The notes: a model not told the origin generated them from the sequence alone. Numbered from the stretch's first letter, positions 32,786 to 44,751 are shown. The stretch: DNA of 64,000 bases from Candidatus Bipolaricaulota bacterium (GCA_025061735.1 JANXAU010000044.1:13933-77932), one strand, 5' to 3'. Numbers and translations: made by a program.

Positions 32786-35383
32786 TTAGCGCATCATTTT
32801 GAGTCTCTCATACATCTTCTGCAAGAACTTCTGACGATCTTCGACTTTGATAATATCTGAGCGCGCGTGCATCACGATCTGCAGCGCAAACGGCGACGGC
32901 GATGGACTCACCAAGCCCTCGAGCTCGATCTGCCCTGAGCGAATCTCGTCTATCACTCTCTGCGCGTTCTCGATATCCATCGCGTCTTCCATGACTTCGC
33001 GATAGGTCTCTGTGAGAATCGGGAAATATTCGTCCATGCGCTCGACGGCGTTCTGCAAAATATACGCCTTCATCTGTTGACGCCCCACCGACTTGCGCTG
33101 CCCTTTGTAACTGCGCAAAATCATGAACGCGCGCGTGGCGCAGTGCCGAAATCGTCTGCGCAAGATCTCCGTATCGCGCAGCGCGTCGCGCAGCACCTCG
33201 CGCAGATCGCGCTCTTTGAGCAGATCAAACGCTTCCATCACTTTGACCGAGCCTTCGTAGGCCAAATAAAAGCCGTGATCGGTCACGGCGATCTCAATAT
33301 CTTTATCTTCGCGACGCGCGATCAGATACGCTAACGCTCGGCTGAGCGCATCGTTCACCCGTCTCCCAAAGAGCGCATGGAAGATCACGATCGTCTTCGG
33401 CCCTTCGGTGTAGAACTCGATCAGCAGCTTGCGCCGATGGGGCAGCCGAGAATATCGGTGCTGTTCGGCAAAATAGCGATAGAGCGACTCGACCCCGCGC
33501 GGATCTAATCCTAACTGCTCGCGAATATACGTTTTGATCGCTTCCGGGGAGGCTCTGTTCGCAAAAAGCTCATAGAGCGAGAGGCGAAACTCTTGAATCT
33601 CTATAGCGAGTTCAAAGCTTAAAGGGAGCATCTCGGAGAACCAACTGGGCACGGTCGCCCGCTCTTCCTGTGCGGATTCAACTTGGATCGTCATCCCACG
33701 CGAGAACTTAAACTTATAAATTTCTCCCCCCAGCACGAACGTGTCGTGCTTGCGCAACATTTCTAGAAAGCCCTCTTCGATCTGCCCGATGCGCTTGTCT
33801 CCGGCTTTCACGATAATATACGATTCGTCGGGAATCGTGCCCACGTTGGTCATATACAAGACGCGCGCCAGCCGCCCCCGCGCGCGGATCTGCCCCGTCT
33901 CTCTGTCGTAATAGATCTTCGCGTAGACGTGACGGTCTTCTAGGTCGGTGTATTCTCCCGCGAGATACTCTAAGACCTTCTCGAAGTGCTCACGGGAAAG
34001 CTCCGCGAAGTTATAGCTGCGCGTCACCAGTTCGTAGAGATCGTCGGCATAGGTGGGGCCGTCGAGCAGAATTCCAAAGATCTGCTGGGCGAGCACGTCG
34101 AGACAGTTCTTGGGGATATGCAGCTTCTCTAGTTTGTGCCGGAGCGCGCTGCGCATCATCACGGCGCACTCGACCAAATCGTCTTGATCGGTGACGACGA
34201 CGCGCCCCTTGATCGTGTCATGCAGTTTATGTCCAGAGCGCCCAACTCTCTGAAGCGCGCGCGTGACGCTCTTGGGGGACCCCAACAGAATCACTAAATC
34301 TACATACCCGATGTCAATGCCCAACTCTAAACTCGTGCTGGAGACGACGACCTTTAATTCGCCGTTCTTGAGACGTCTCTCGATGTCAAGTCGCAACTCT
34401 TTGCTCAGAGAACTGTGATGCGCGCCGATGACTTCGACGTAGTGGGGAAACTTCTCTTTGAGCGTGTGCACGACTCGTTCAGTCAGTGCGCGAGTGTTGG
34501 TGAAGATCAGCGTCGAGCGATGCTGCTGGATGAGGTCATCAAGAAGCGCGTAGAGATTGGCATTCAGTTCTTCAAATGAGCAATGCACAAAGTCATCTAC
34601 AGGGCTTAAGACTTGGAGATCGATCTTCTTCTCAAAGCGCGCGTCAATGATAATACAATCGCGCCAGGGATCGCTTCCGTCGCCCAGCGGCGTGAGCACC
34701 TGTCCGTAGCGTCGTCCTACTAAGAATCGAGCGACTTCGTCGAGGGGGCTGACGGTCGCCGAAAGGCCGATCCGCGCGAAATCGCTCAGCTCTTGGAGTC
34801 TCTCCAGCGAGAGCGCCAGATGTGCACCACGCTTGTTCTCGGCCAGCGCGTGTACTTCGTCTACGATTACCCAGCGCACGTAGCTGAAATAATTCGAGAA
34901 CTGTTTTGCCGAGAGCGCGATGGCGAACGATTCGGGAGTCGTGATGAGAATATGGGGAGGCTTTTTGAGCATTCGTTGGCGCTTCTCTGCTGACGTATCT
35001 CCGGTGCGGACGTCAATGCGAATGCCCAACTTCTGCCCGGCGAGAGCCTCCATCTCGCGCAACGGCTCTTCTAAGTTGCGTTCGATGTCATTGCCCAGTG
35101 CTTTCAACGGCGAGATATAGACGCAATAAATCTGATCTTCGAGAGCATTCCGCGATGCGAGCTGAACTAACTCGTTGATGATCGCTAAGAACGCCGCGAG
35201 CGTCTTGCCCGACCCCGTTGGCGCTGAGATGAGGCAGTTCTTTCGGTTGTGAATATGGGGGATAGCGAAGCGTTGCGGCGGGCTGAACGCCGAGAATTTC
35301 TCGGTGAACCATTGGCGCACCAAGGGGTGCAGCAACGCGAAGATCTCTGCGTCAGAGAACGACTCTGTTTGTCTGATCAGCAT
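32786..35383 (-). CDS. lhr: Lhr-family ATP-dependent helicase (Lhr-core, superfamily 2 DEAH)
   Basis: Walker A APTGSGKT, DEVH box, helicase C motifs, and a size (865 aa) consistent with Lhr-core. Confidence 0.8.
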   Translation of the reverse strand: MLIRQTESFSDAEIFALLHPLVRQWFTEKFSAFSPPQRFAIPHIHNRKNCLISAPTGSGKTLAAFLAIINELVQLASRNALEDQIYCVYISPLKALGNDIERNLEEPLREMEALAGQKLGIRIDVRTGDTSAEKRQRMLKKPPHILITTPESFAIALSAKQFSNYFSYVRWVIVDEVHALAENKRGAHLALSLERLQELSDFARIGLSATVSPLDEVARFLVGRRYGQVLTPLGDGSDPWRDCIIIDARFEKKIDLQVLSPVDDFVHCSFEELNANLYALLDDLIQQHRSTLIFTNTRALTERVVHTLKEKFPHYVEVIGAHHSSLSKELRLDIERRLKNGELKVVVSSTSLELGIDIGYVDLVILLGSPKSVTRALQRVGRSGHKLHDTIKGRVVVTDQDDLVECAVMMRSALRHKLEKLHIPKNCLDVLAQQIFGILLDGPTYADDLYELVTRSYNFAELSREHFEKVLEYLAGEYTDLEDRHVYAKIYYDRETGQIRARGRLARVLYMTNVGTIPDESYIIVKAGDKRIGQIEEGFLEMLRKHDTFVLGGEIYKFKFSRGMTIQVESAQEERATVPSWFSEMLPLSFELAIEIQEFRLSLYELFANRASPEAIKTYIREQLGLDPRGVESLYRYFAEQHRYSRLPHRRKLLIEFYTEGPKTIVIFHALFGRRVNDALSRALAYLIARREDKDIEIAVTDHGFYLAYEGSVKVMEAFDLLKERDLREVLRDALRDTEILRRRFRHCATRAFMILRSYKGQRKSVGRQQMKAYILQNAVERMDEYFPILTETYREVMEDAMDIENAQRVIDEIRSGQIELEGLVSPSPSPFALQIVMHARSDIIKVEDRQKFLQKMYERLKMMR

Positions 35384-35517
35384 GGGCTTTTCAATCTAAC
35401 ATTAAGACCCCTTCGTTGCAAGTATAAAGTCGGCAGAGCTGTCAGCGGGCAGCAACGGTGGAAAGACTTTAGCTGATAGCTGAATAAATTGCTATAATCT
35501 CTCCGGAGGAGAGACTC

Positions 35518-35802
35518 ATGCTTGGGTTGGATCGCATCACCTTTGATCCACAGATCATGGGCGGCCAAGCTTGCATCCGCGGGATGCGTATCACCGTTTC
35601 GCTGATCGTGAATCTGATCGCCAACGGCATGACCCACGAAGAGATCCTCAAAGCCTACCCCTATCTTGAGCCAGAGGACATCACCCAAGCCCTGCAGCAT
35701 GCAGCGGGGCTTGGTCAGTCAGGCTCAGCTCCCCAGCGTGGAGCTATTGTTATCGTCACGGCAGGGAGAACGCGAGTGCGTATGTTACCTGTTGTCGGCT
35801 AA
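35518..35802 (+). CDS. DUF433 domain protein (antitoxin-like), with no recognisable partner
   Basis: GGQACIRGMRITVSLIVNLIANGMTHEEILKAYPYLEPEDITQAL matches the DUF433 signature. It is preceded by TATAAT and GGAGGAGAG. Confidence 0.7.
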   Translation: MLGLDRITFDPQIMGGQACIRGMRITVSLIVNLIANGMTHEEILKAYPYLEPEDITQALQHAAGLGQSGSAPQRGAIVIVTAGRTRVRMLPVVG

Positions 35803-36192
35803 GCATCTCTTCTTTGGAGGGGCATCGGGATACTTGAGCACTTTCAGTCCCACCTTGGCTAGGCCCTTGCGCACCATGCCCAACTTCTCTGCCGCTGCAA
35901 AAGACAGATCGATAATCCGTCCTTGGACGTATGGCCCGCAATCGTTGATCCTAACAACGACGCTCTTGCCCGTCTCTAGGTCCGTGACGCGCACGATGGT
36001 GCCGAAGGGCAGCGTCAGGTGCGCTGCCGTGAGCTGGTGCATGTCGTAGATTTCGCCGCTCGAAGTCCGTCTTCCGTGAAACGGCTCGCCGTACCAAGAC
36101 GCAATGCCCACTTGGTCGTAGCGTACAAGATTCCAAAGACCCAGAGTCAAAACCACCGCTGCAAGAGCATAAATAAAGTATTCTGGACGCAT
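35785..36192 (-). CDS. RlpA-like double-psi beta-barrel (septal lytic transglycosylase family) protein
   Basis: N-terminal TM or signal segment and the DPBB core (…ASWYGEPFHGRRTSSGEIYD…TAAH.TLPFGT.VRVTDLETGKSVVVRINDCGPY). Confidence 0.8.
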   Translation of the reverse strand: MRPEYFIYALAAVVLTLGLWNLVRYDQVGIASWYGEPFHGRRTSSGEIYDMHQLTAAHLTLPFGTIVRVTDLETGKSVVVRINDCGPYVQGRIIDLSFAAAEKLGMVRKGLAKVGLKVLKYPDAPPKKRCLADNR

Positions 36193-36224
36193 GGCTGTTA
36201 GATTCTAACTGACTTCAAACACGC

Positions 36225-37487
<1,263 letters not shown>

Positions 37488-38005
37488 TTAGAACGACCAG
37501 TCTCGAATCAAGCGTTCGCGCAGCGCGGCCAATTCGCTGGGGGGAGACTTGCGTTCGAGCACTTTGAGCAGCTCGTCGTTCATGTGGGTCAGCTTGCGCG
37601 CCAACGCCCCCAGCATCAGATAGATCAGCCTCATGGCGGCTTGGGAGCCCTGTTGGTAACGCTCCCTCAAGAGCGCCCCGTCTATCTTGAAGACCAAGAG
37701 ATCCGTCTTGGCTGTGGCGGTGACTTTTCGCGGGCGCTCCAGCACCCATCCCATCTCCCCCAACAGCTCCCCCGGCCCTAAGACCGTCAGCAGATGGACC
37801 TCGCCGTTGCTCCCATAGGTCTTGCGGATCTCCACCTCGCCCTCCAACACCAGATAGAGATGGGGATCGGAAGCCCCTTCGGCAAAGAGGGTCTCCCCGG
37901 CCCGCAGCGACACCATCTCGCCCATCTGCAGCAGCTCTTCGATCTCCTTCTCCGAGAACTGGCGCAACAATTGATGGTCCTTCAAGTGCTCTCGATGGCT
38001 GAGCA
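37488..38005 (-). CDS. stand-alone cyclic-nucleotide-binding domain protein
   Basis: cNMP-binding fold motifs (GEMVSLRAGETLFAEGASDPHLYLVLEGEVEI…GPGELLGEM). Start set at MLSHREHL behind a GGGAGAGAG Shine-Dalgarno. There is no helix-turn-helix. Confidence 0.65.
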
Positions 38006-38017
38006 TCTCTCTCCCTC

Positions 38018-39274
38018 CTAGATGCCGCGCATGGCGCGCGCTTTCGCTACCCTTCCCAAGGCCAGTAAGAACGCCGCCGTGCGCAGCGAGGTGTGCTTCT
38101 CGCGCGCCAGCGTGGCCACCTCTCGATAGGCGCGTGCCATCACCCTCTGCAGCTCGGTGCGCACGCGCTCCAAGTCCCACTTGAACTGCTGAATGTTCTG
38201 CGCCCACTCAAAGTAGCTGACGGTCACGCCCCCGGCGTTGGCCAAAATATCAGGGATCACGGTGATCCCGCGCTGGTTGAAGATCTCATCGGCTTCGGGG
38301 GTCGTGGGGCCGTTGGCCCCCTCGACGATCAGCTTGGCGCGCACCTCCGGGGCGTTCTCTTTAGTAAACACATCCCCCAACGCTGCGGGAATCAAGACGT
38401 CGCACTCCAACGCCAACAACTCCGCGTTGGTGATGCGAGTGCCCTGCGTGGCCCCTTGCAGAGTGCGGTTGCGGCGGACGAAGTCCACCAGCGCGGGGAT
38501 ATCCAACCCGTCGGGGTTGTAGAGTCCGCCGGTGACGTCGCTGACCGCCAGCACCTTGCCGCCCAGCTCGTGTAGAATCAACGCGGTGTAGGAACCTACG
38601 TTGCCAAAGCCCTGAATGGCGAAGGTCGTCCCCCGAATCGGCTTGCCCAGCGCTTTAAAGTGCTCTTCAATGATGTAGACAAGGCCGCGCCCTGTGGCCT
38701 CTTCCCGGCCCTCGGAGCCAAAGAGATCTACGGGCTTGCCGGTGACGACCGCGGGGGCGAACCCGTGAAATTTAGAATACTCGTCCATGATCCAGGCCAT
38801 CACTTGGGCGTTGGTGTTGACGTCAGGAGCGGGGATGTCTTGATAGGGGCCGATCACTTCGTGAATCTTGGCGATGAAGCGACGCGTTAAGCGCTCTAGT
38901 TCGGCTTCGGACATCCGTTTGGGATCGCACGCGATTCCCCCCTTGGCTCCGCCAAAGGGGATATTCACGATGGCCGTCTTCCACGTCATCAGCGACGCAA
39001 GGGCGCGCACGTCGTCGTCGTTGACGGTGGGATGGTATCGGATGCCGCCCTTCATTGGGCCGCGCGCGTCGTTGTGCTGGACTCGGTACCCCGTGAAGAC
39101 GCCGATCTCACCGTTGTCCATCTCGATGGCGATCTCGACTTTGACCTCTCGGTCGGGATTGATGAGGAGTTTTTCGAGGCGGTCGCTGAGGCCTAAGAGG
39201 CGCGCGGCCTCGCGAACGTAGCGGTTCACAGACTCAAATGCGCTGCTCATGGCTTCTGTTTCTATAATACTCAA
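38018..39274 (-). CDS. gdhA: Glu/Leu/Phe/Val-dehydrogenase family protein (glutamate dehydrogenase)
   Basis: Catalytic GGAKGG Lys motif and a C-terminal NAD(P) Rossmann domain. Confidence 0.85.
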   Translation of the reverse strand: MSIIETEAMSSAFESVNRYVREAARLLGLSDRLEKLLINPDREVKVEIAIEMDNGEIGVFTGYRVQHNDARGPMKGGIRYHPTVNDDDVRALASLMTWKTAIVNIPFGGAKGGIACDPKRMSEAELERLTRRFIAKIHEVIGPYQDIPAPDVNTNAQVMAWIMDEYSKFHGFAPAVVTGKPVDLFGSEGREEATGRGLVYIIEEHFKALGKPIRGTTFAIQGFGNVGSYTALILHELGGKVLAVSDVTGGLYNPDGLDIPALVDFVRRNRTLQGATQGTRITNAELLALECDVLIPAALGDVFTKENAPEVRAKLIVEGANGPTTPEADEIFNQRGITVIPDILANAGGVTVSYFEWAQNIQQFKWDLERVRTELQRVMARAYREVATLAREKHTSLRTAAFLLALGRVAKARAMRGI

Positions 39275-39846
39275 GCCGCAGGATTTTGCAACCGGTCAGC
39301 GCGTAGCGACCTCTGTCCCGATTGGAGATTTCTCACATATACGATCTGCCCGGCGTGATAGAGAAAGTGTTCTAGAATCATCTCAAACAGCTCTTGGAGG
39401 GTCTTTTCGCCGTCGGGCGCGCGATACGAACGAGACAGATCTGAATCTGTCAGGGCGCTCAATCGGCGCTCTAGCTCCGCGTAGGCTTCGTCCAGAAGCG
39501 TTTGCGCGGCTTTCAGATCACCACCTGCCCGTTCAAAGCGCTCTTTGAGCGCATCCCACGTCAGCGTGCCCGATCCAAACGCATAGTCCAACTGATGGAG
39601 CGTGTCTCCGGCAACGTGAAAGAGGATCTCTAAGATCGAGCCTTTGGCCCACGGGAAGCCCTTGTAGTGCGCCGGTGTCCACGCAGCTTCTTCGGGCTTG
39701 AGGCCCTCTAGAGCGCGCTGGAGAGAGTGCCAGCGACTGGTGCGATACGCGGCTTTGAGCTGGCGCTGCAGCTGTTCTACTTGCGTTTTCATAACTTTAT
39801 CGGAGCTGACAGCAGATAGTAAAAGACTCAAGCCCCGGTCGCTCAT
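39271..39846 (-). CDS. DinB/YfiT-like (DinB_2) four-helix-bundle metalloprotein
   Basis: Conserved His positions (…ILFHVAGD…EHFLYHAGQI…) typical of the DinB_2 family. Confidence 0.6.
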   Translation of the reverse strand: MSDRGLSLLLSAVSSDKVMKTQVEQLQRQLKAAYRTSRWHSLQRALEGLKPEEAAWTPAHYKGFPWAKGSILEILFHVAGDTLHQLDYAFGSGTLTWDALKERFERAGGDLKAAQTLLDEAYAELERRLSALTDSDLSRSYRAPDGEKTLQELFEMILEHFLYHAGQIVYVRNLQSGQRSLRADRLQNPAA

Positions 39847-39988
39847 GCCGGGGCTTGCTCATTTCCGGTTTCCTGCCTTCCCTTCCTCCTAGGTGTTAGG
39901 AGGTTCTGCAGATGTCTAGAAGACGGCTCCAATCTTAGAGTGGGCCGCGTTCCAAGACCATGCAGAAAGCGTGAAAATTGCGTGACCG

Positions 39989-40432
39989 TCACAGTTCTTT
40001 ATGAAAGATCGCGCGCTCCAGCGAGAGCGGCCCCGGCCCCGTTAAGAGCAACGCTAAGCATCCAGCCAGCAGCGCTAGATCGAGTTCGTACCCCGACCGC
40101 CCGCCACTCCCCAGCAGCCCCGCCTGCAGCTTGACCGTGAAGATCGCCACGATCATAATAATCGCCAGCGGGATAGACCAGTAGCGCGTGAACAGCCCAA
40201 CGATCAACCCGATGCCGCCGACCAGCTCAAAGAAAGCGACCAAGAACGCAAAAACCTCCGGCAACGGAATGCCCAGATTGCTTAAGAAGCCAGCAAACCT
40301 ATCTAGGCCATTGGCGAACTTCTGCCAGCCGTGTGCCGCAAAGATAACTCCCACGGCCAAGCGCAACGGCAGCGCCGCCCAACTGCTAAATCCCCCAACC
40401 CATCTCTCTAACACGCTCGACCACCTCCGCAA
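39989..40432 (-). CDS. DoxX-family membrane protein
   Basis: Four TM helices with a DoxX-like N-terminus (LRLAVGVIFAAHGWQKF). Confidence 0.75.
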   Translation of the reverse strand: MRRWSSVLERWVGGFSSWAALPLRLAVGVIFAAHGWQKFANGLDRFAGFLSNLGIPLPEVFAFLVAFFELVGGIGLIVGLFTRYWSIPLAIIMIVAIFTVKLQAGLLGSGGRSGYELDLALLAGCLALLLTGPGPLSLERAIFHKEL

Positions 40433-40477
40433 GAGATTCTGTACTCTTATAGCAAAAAGAACCCGGAGAAGGCAAAT

Positions 40478-43024
40478 CTAGCGCTCTACCAACCACAAGA
40501 GCTTGCGCGCCGCCAAATCCCCCAGAAAGAGCAGCAGCGCCAGAGCGAGCAGCCACGGCCACAGCTCTGCATAGGCGTCTCGGCTCAGCTCCGCCGCCGG
40601 GGGCAGGACGGGGCGCTCCAAGAACTGCCCCCCTGTCAGCCGCGCGATCTTGTCTAGATTCTCTATATTGGCCCCCACGCGACGATACTCTTCGGCGTAC
40701 GAGACGGTGAAGAGCTGCGCGCGCTCGGCGAGCTTTTCGCCCTCGCGTTGAGCTGTTAGATGAATGCCATAAACCCCACGGGGCAGGTTCTCCACGCGCG
40801 CCCGGTAGCGTCCCGGCGCGATCTGCGTGAACGCGATCTCTTGAAAGACCGGGCCGCTGAGAGTCGCTTGCAGATTCCAACCCGAAGCCCACCCGCCCTG
40901 TGCGTCTTGCACATCGACGATCAGCTCTAAATACTTCTCAGTAGATTTTGCTTGTAAGGTCAAGCCTTCTTCGTACAATCTCCCTCGATAGATCTGTGCG
41001 ACGCTCTCGCTTACTAAACGGCTCAGCTCCGACCACGCCAGCCATTCTTGCGAGCCATCGCCCTCTAAATCGGTGTTGAGCACCCCGACGCGCCCTAAAC
41101 CGTAAGACCAGAAGCTCAGAATGGGGTCGCCTTCGGGAGCTGTCGCTAAGACGACCTGAGCCGCAGGCTTCTCATGGGTGAGCACATAGCCCTGCAAAGG
41201 CGGCAACTCTTCTAGAGCCGACGCGCGCGAAACGATGGGTGACTGTCCTTCGATCCAGCGCAAGCGCGCGATGCGCCGCACTTCTCTGAGAGAGAACGCC
41301 GGCAAGTCGGTGAACTCCTGCACCCGTTGGTACTTCCCCCGTCCGGCGTTGGCCAACCCTTGGAGGAACTCTTCATCGGGTTCCCGATCTATCCCCAGCG
41401 CCGAGACGCGCACCGTGCTCTGGGCCAAGCGCGCGTACAGCTCGCGGTACTCGCGCTCGCGCTTGTTGTTGTTATGCCCATCGGTGAAGACCAAGATATG
41501 CTTGACGCGCGCGGAGACTCGCTCTAAAGTCTGAAAGGCATCTTTGAGGGCGAAGTAGAGATCGGTGCCGCCGGAGGCTTGTAATCGTTGGATATTCTCG
41601 CGATGGGCTTGGCGATCCCCCAAAGGCTGCAACGGATGGATCCATTGAAAGTCGGTGGAGAACGCGATGATCCCGACCCAGTCTTCGGGGTCTAAGATCT
41701 CCAAGCTGCGCAGCACCGAGCGCTTGAGGATCTCGAGTTTGGGGATGCCGCCGCGCACGGGGTCGGCCATGCTCCCCGAGCGATCCAAGACGAAGACCAG
41801 AGCGATCCCGGGGATCTGATAGGGTTCGGGGACGAGATACGAGACGGGGAGAAACTCTTCTAATTGGGCCAGTTCGTCGGGGGTCTGGCCGCCTAGGCCC
41901 TCGACGGCGGCACGCCCTTGGATGAGCCACAGCCCGCCTCCTAGATCGCGCACGTAGCGCTTTAAGAGCTCGCGCTGGGTGCTGGAGAGCTTCTCCAAAG
42001 AGATATTGTTTAAGATCACAGCTTTATAGTGAGAGAGAACCAAGGGGTTGTCTAGGAACTCGCGGAGCGTCTTGTGATCGGCCTTTAACTCGACGCTCTC
42101 CAAGATGCGCACAAGCGGGCTAGAACTCTGATGCTCTTGCACCACAAGCACCGGCGCATCCCCCAAGACACGCGTAGCGGCTTCGAGTTGGTTGTTCTCG
42201 GTCAGACGATCTCTTTCGGCCTTCACATAAGCGCGATAGTGATAGACACCGGGAGCGTCTAATCTATCGGTGACTCGGATCTCTTGGACGCCGGGAGCCA
42301 GCGCGAGCGATAGCGCCTGGTGCAGCTCGTTGTTGCGGTAGAGCAGGAGCGTCGCGGCGCTCTGCTGGGTGGCTCCCAGAAGCAGCCTTAGGGCAAAGGG
42401 CACGCCGGGGGTGACCTCCTCGGGGATCTCGAACCGATCAAGCCAGAGTTCTGGGTGCGAGGCCGTCAGCGGCCAGACGTGAATGGGGACGCCCTCGCGG
42501 CGGGCAAGCTGGAGCGCGCGATCGAGATCTCCTCGGGTTGGCTGCCCGTCGGAGAGCAGGACGATCTCGCGGCGTCCGCGCCGCGGCAGCGTCTCCAACG
42601 CTAACTGCACCGCGCTTTCTAAATTCGTCGCTTGGGGGTCGGGGTCGGTCTGGAAGTCGCTGAGGGGTAGAGTCGGCGCGAAGCCCGATTCGACCAACGC
42701 CTCGGCCCCAAAGGCGATAAGCGCGTAGTACGTATGAGGGGCGGGCGGAGCGAGTGCTCGTAGGGTCTCTCTCAGTTGACGAATATCTGTTTGGATGCTT
42801 GCCGAGCGATCTACGAGAAAGTAGACGTAGCGATCGGCGGCGCTGAGGGCAAGGCGCGGCCCCGCCAGCCCCAAGACCAAGACGCCAAGCGCCGCGAGGC
42901 GCAGAAACGTCGCCCAGCGCTCCGGGCGCGCCAGCTCGCGAATCTGCGCGCGCCGCCACCAGAGAAGACCTAGCAGCCCCACCCACATCAACAAGACCCA
43001 CGGCGCATCGAAGATCAAGCTCAT
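40478..43024 (-). CDS. large membrane-anchored VWA-domain protein of a Bat/MoxR-type operon
   Basis: ATGA overlap with the upstream gene. Two TM helices, a MIDAS-type vWA domain (…VLDRSGSM…GGTDL…FTDGHNN) and a ~400-aa C-terminal region of unknown function. Confidence 0.75.
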   Translation of the reverse strand: MSLIFDAPWVLLMWVGLLGLLWWRRAQIRELARPERWATFLRLAALGVLVLGLAGPRLALSAADRYVYFLVDRSASIQTDIRQLRETLRALAPPAPHTYYALIAFGAEALVESGFAPTLPLSDFQTDPDPQATNLESAVQLALETLPRRGRREIVLLSDGQPTRGDLDRALQLARREGVPIHVWPLTASHPELWLDRFEIPEEVTPGVPFALRLLLGATQQSAATLLLYRNNELHQALSLALAPGVQEIRVTDRLDAPGVYHYRAYVKAERDRLTENNQLEAATRVLGDAPVLVVQEHQSSSPLVRILESVELKADHKTLREFLDNPLVLSHYKAVILNNISLEKLSSTQRELLKRYVRDLGGGLWLIQGRAAVEGLGGQTPDELAQLEEFLPVSYLVPEPYQIPGIALVFVLDRSGSMADPVRGGIPKLEILKRSVLRSLEILDPEDWVGIIAFSTDFQWIHPLQPLGDRQAHRENIQRLQASGGTDLYFALKDAFQTLERVSARVKHILVFTDGHNNNKREREYRELYARLAQSTVRVSALGIDREPDEEFLQGLANAGRGKYQRVQEFTDLPAFSLREVRRIARLRWIEGQSPIVSRASALEELPPLQGYVLTHEKPAAQVVLATAPEGDPILSFWSYGLGRVGVLNTDLEGDGSQEWLAWSELSRLVSESVAQIYRGRLYEEGLTLQAKSTEKYLELIVDVQDAQGGWASGWNLQATLSGPVFQEIAFTQIAPGRYRARVENLPRGVYGIHLTAQREGEKLAERAQLFTVSYAEEYRRVGANIENLDKIARLTGGQFLERPVLPPAAELSRDAYAELWPWLLALALLLFLGDLAARKLLWLVER

Positions 43025-44751
43025 CGTCCACCTCGCGACAAGCGCCAACGCCACAGAGCCCCTAGAGAGAACGACGGCCTTCCCAGATACAGAACGATCT
43101 CGACGAGCAAGAAGACGAGCGCGGCCCACGCCCCGTAGTGCCAGAGGGGGATCTGCACGCGAAGAAGCTCTTCTGAGAAGACGGAAGAGACGGACTGCGG
43201 AGCAGCAGCGCTCTCCCCAGAGCGATTGATGAGTGACTCTTGCGGGTCAAGATTGACGGCGTAGTCTTGGTAGAATCCCGGTGCAGGAGCCAACGAGCTG
43301 ACGTACTGTTCATCAGCAGTGAAGGCCATCTCCGGGAGCAACCAGCGCAGGGCGTTCTGCACGAAGATCGGGAAGCTCGGCGTGAGCACGAAGGCCGACT
43401 CTTGGAGGCTGGCGCCCCAATAGAGCAAGCGCAACGCGCCGGAGCTGTGCGCCGCGATCAGCGGGGCGTCCTGCGCTACGGCCAGAGGCCGCACGACGGG
43501 GCTGAGTCGCACCTCGCGCATCCGCAGAGGCTGCAGATGTGCCAGCTGCACATGCTCCACCACTGGGTGCGTTGCTTCTACCCAGCGCACAGGGGTCCCT
43601 ACTCGCAGATCTCCAACGATCTGTACCAACGGTTCCAGAGAGCTGTTGACCAAGAGCCAGCGCCCCGATCCCAACGCGGGCAGATGAATATTATGAGCGA
43701 CGATCAGATCAAAAGCCTCTGGAGCAACAGACTCTCTTTCTAGCGCTTTGAGAAACTCAAAGCGCGGCTGGGCGTAGAGCGCTAGGGCGCGTTCCAGAAA
43801 GAAGTTGCGCTCTCCTAGCCATAAGATGCGCAGCGTCTTGGGGGCGGGCAGGAGAAAGTAGCGTTCGTTATCGTGAGAGAAGGAATCGTCTGCATCGAGG
43901 CGCGCGACGAAGCGCTGAGCGAGCGCGCTCCAGGTCTCGATATGATGAGCCTTCCCTGGCTCTACGGAGATGCTCTGGCGAAAGATCTCTTTGTCGTCAG
44001 CGAAGAGGCGAATCTGGGCGTCCAGAGTCTTGTCAGAGAAGTTTTCGACGCGGCTCCAGAGGGCCAGGCGTGTGGGGGCTTCGGGCAGCGGGCGCGCGGC
44101 CAAGCCCGTGATCGCCAGATTGGGAACGTTGCTCCCTACGGGCAGCCAGCGCATCTTCTCTCTCTCTTCGGGAGGACGATCGCTGATGTAGAGAATCTCC
44201 GTGATCTGTGAGCGCTCCCCCAGACCGAGCAAGAGCTGCATCAGAGCGCTCCATGACGCATCGGCTTGCAGCGAGGGCCGCGCCTGCTGCAACGCACGGA
44301 GAACGGCGTTGCGATCTGCGCTGAAGGGCATCAACAGACGCGGCTCGCGCTGCGCTTGAATCACCGCGATCTTCTGTGGGCGAAGCCGTTCGATCTGCTC
44401 GATGGCTAACGCGCGCGCCCTCTCATAGCGCGTCGTCGTGCCGTCGCGCGCCTGCATGCTGGCGCTGCCGTCTATAACAATCACGAGATTCCCGCCGCCG
44501 ACGATCTCGTGGGAGAGAAAGGGCATGGCCAGCGCGAAGACCAGCCCCAAGAGCGCGGCCAACTGCAACAGCAGCAGCCCGATCTTCGTCCAGAGAAACG
44601 AGAGCGCACTGCGCGGGCGCTCGGCCTCTCGCGTCCAGAGCCAGATCGCCGAGACGCGCCGCTCCTCTTCGCGCCGCCGCAAGAAGTAAAGCACCGCGAC
44701 GCCTACGGCGAGCCCTAACAGTCCCCACGCCCACGGCTGCAAGAAGATCAC
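43021..44751 (-). CDS. BatA-like membrane VWA protein (aerotolerance-operon family)
   Basis: N-terminal double TM BatA_N region then a vWA domain (IVIDGSASM). Confidence 0.75.
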   Translation of the reverse strand: MIFLQPWAWGLLGLAVGVAVLYFLRRREEERRVSAIWLWTREAERPRSALSFLWTKIGLLLLQLAALLGLVFALAMPFLSHEIVGGGNLVIVIDGSASMQARDGTTTRYERARALAIEQIERLRPQKIAVIQAQREPRLLMPFSADRNAVLRALQQARPSLQADASWSALMQLLLGLGERSQITEILYISDRPPEEREKMRWLPVGSNVPNLAITGLAARPLPEAPTRLALWSRVENFSDKTLDAQIRLFADDKEIFRQSISVEPGKAHHIETWSALAQRFVARLDADDSFSHDNERYFLLPAPKTLRILWLGERNFFLERALALYAQPRFEFLKALERESVAPEAFDLIVAHNIHLPALGSGRWLLVNSSLEPLVQIVGDLRVGTPVRWVEATHPVVEHVQLAHLQPLRMREVRLSPVVRPLAVAQDAPLIAAHSSGALRLLYWGASLQESAFVLTPSFPIFVQNALRWLLPEMAFTADEQYVSSLAPAPGFYQDYAVNLDPQESLINRSGESAAAPQSVSSVFSEELLRVQIPLWHYGAWAALVFLLVEIVLYLGRPSFSLGALWRWRLSRGGR

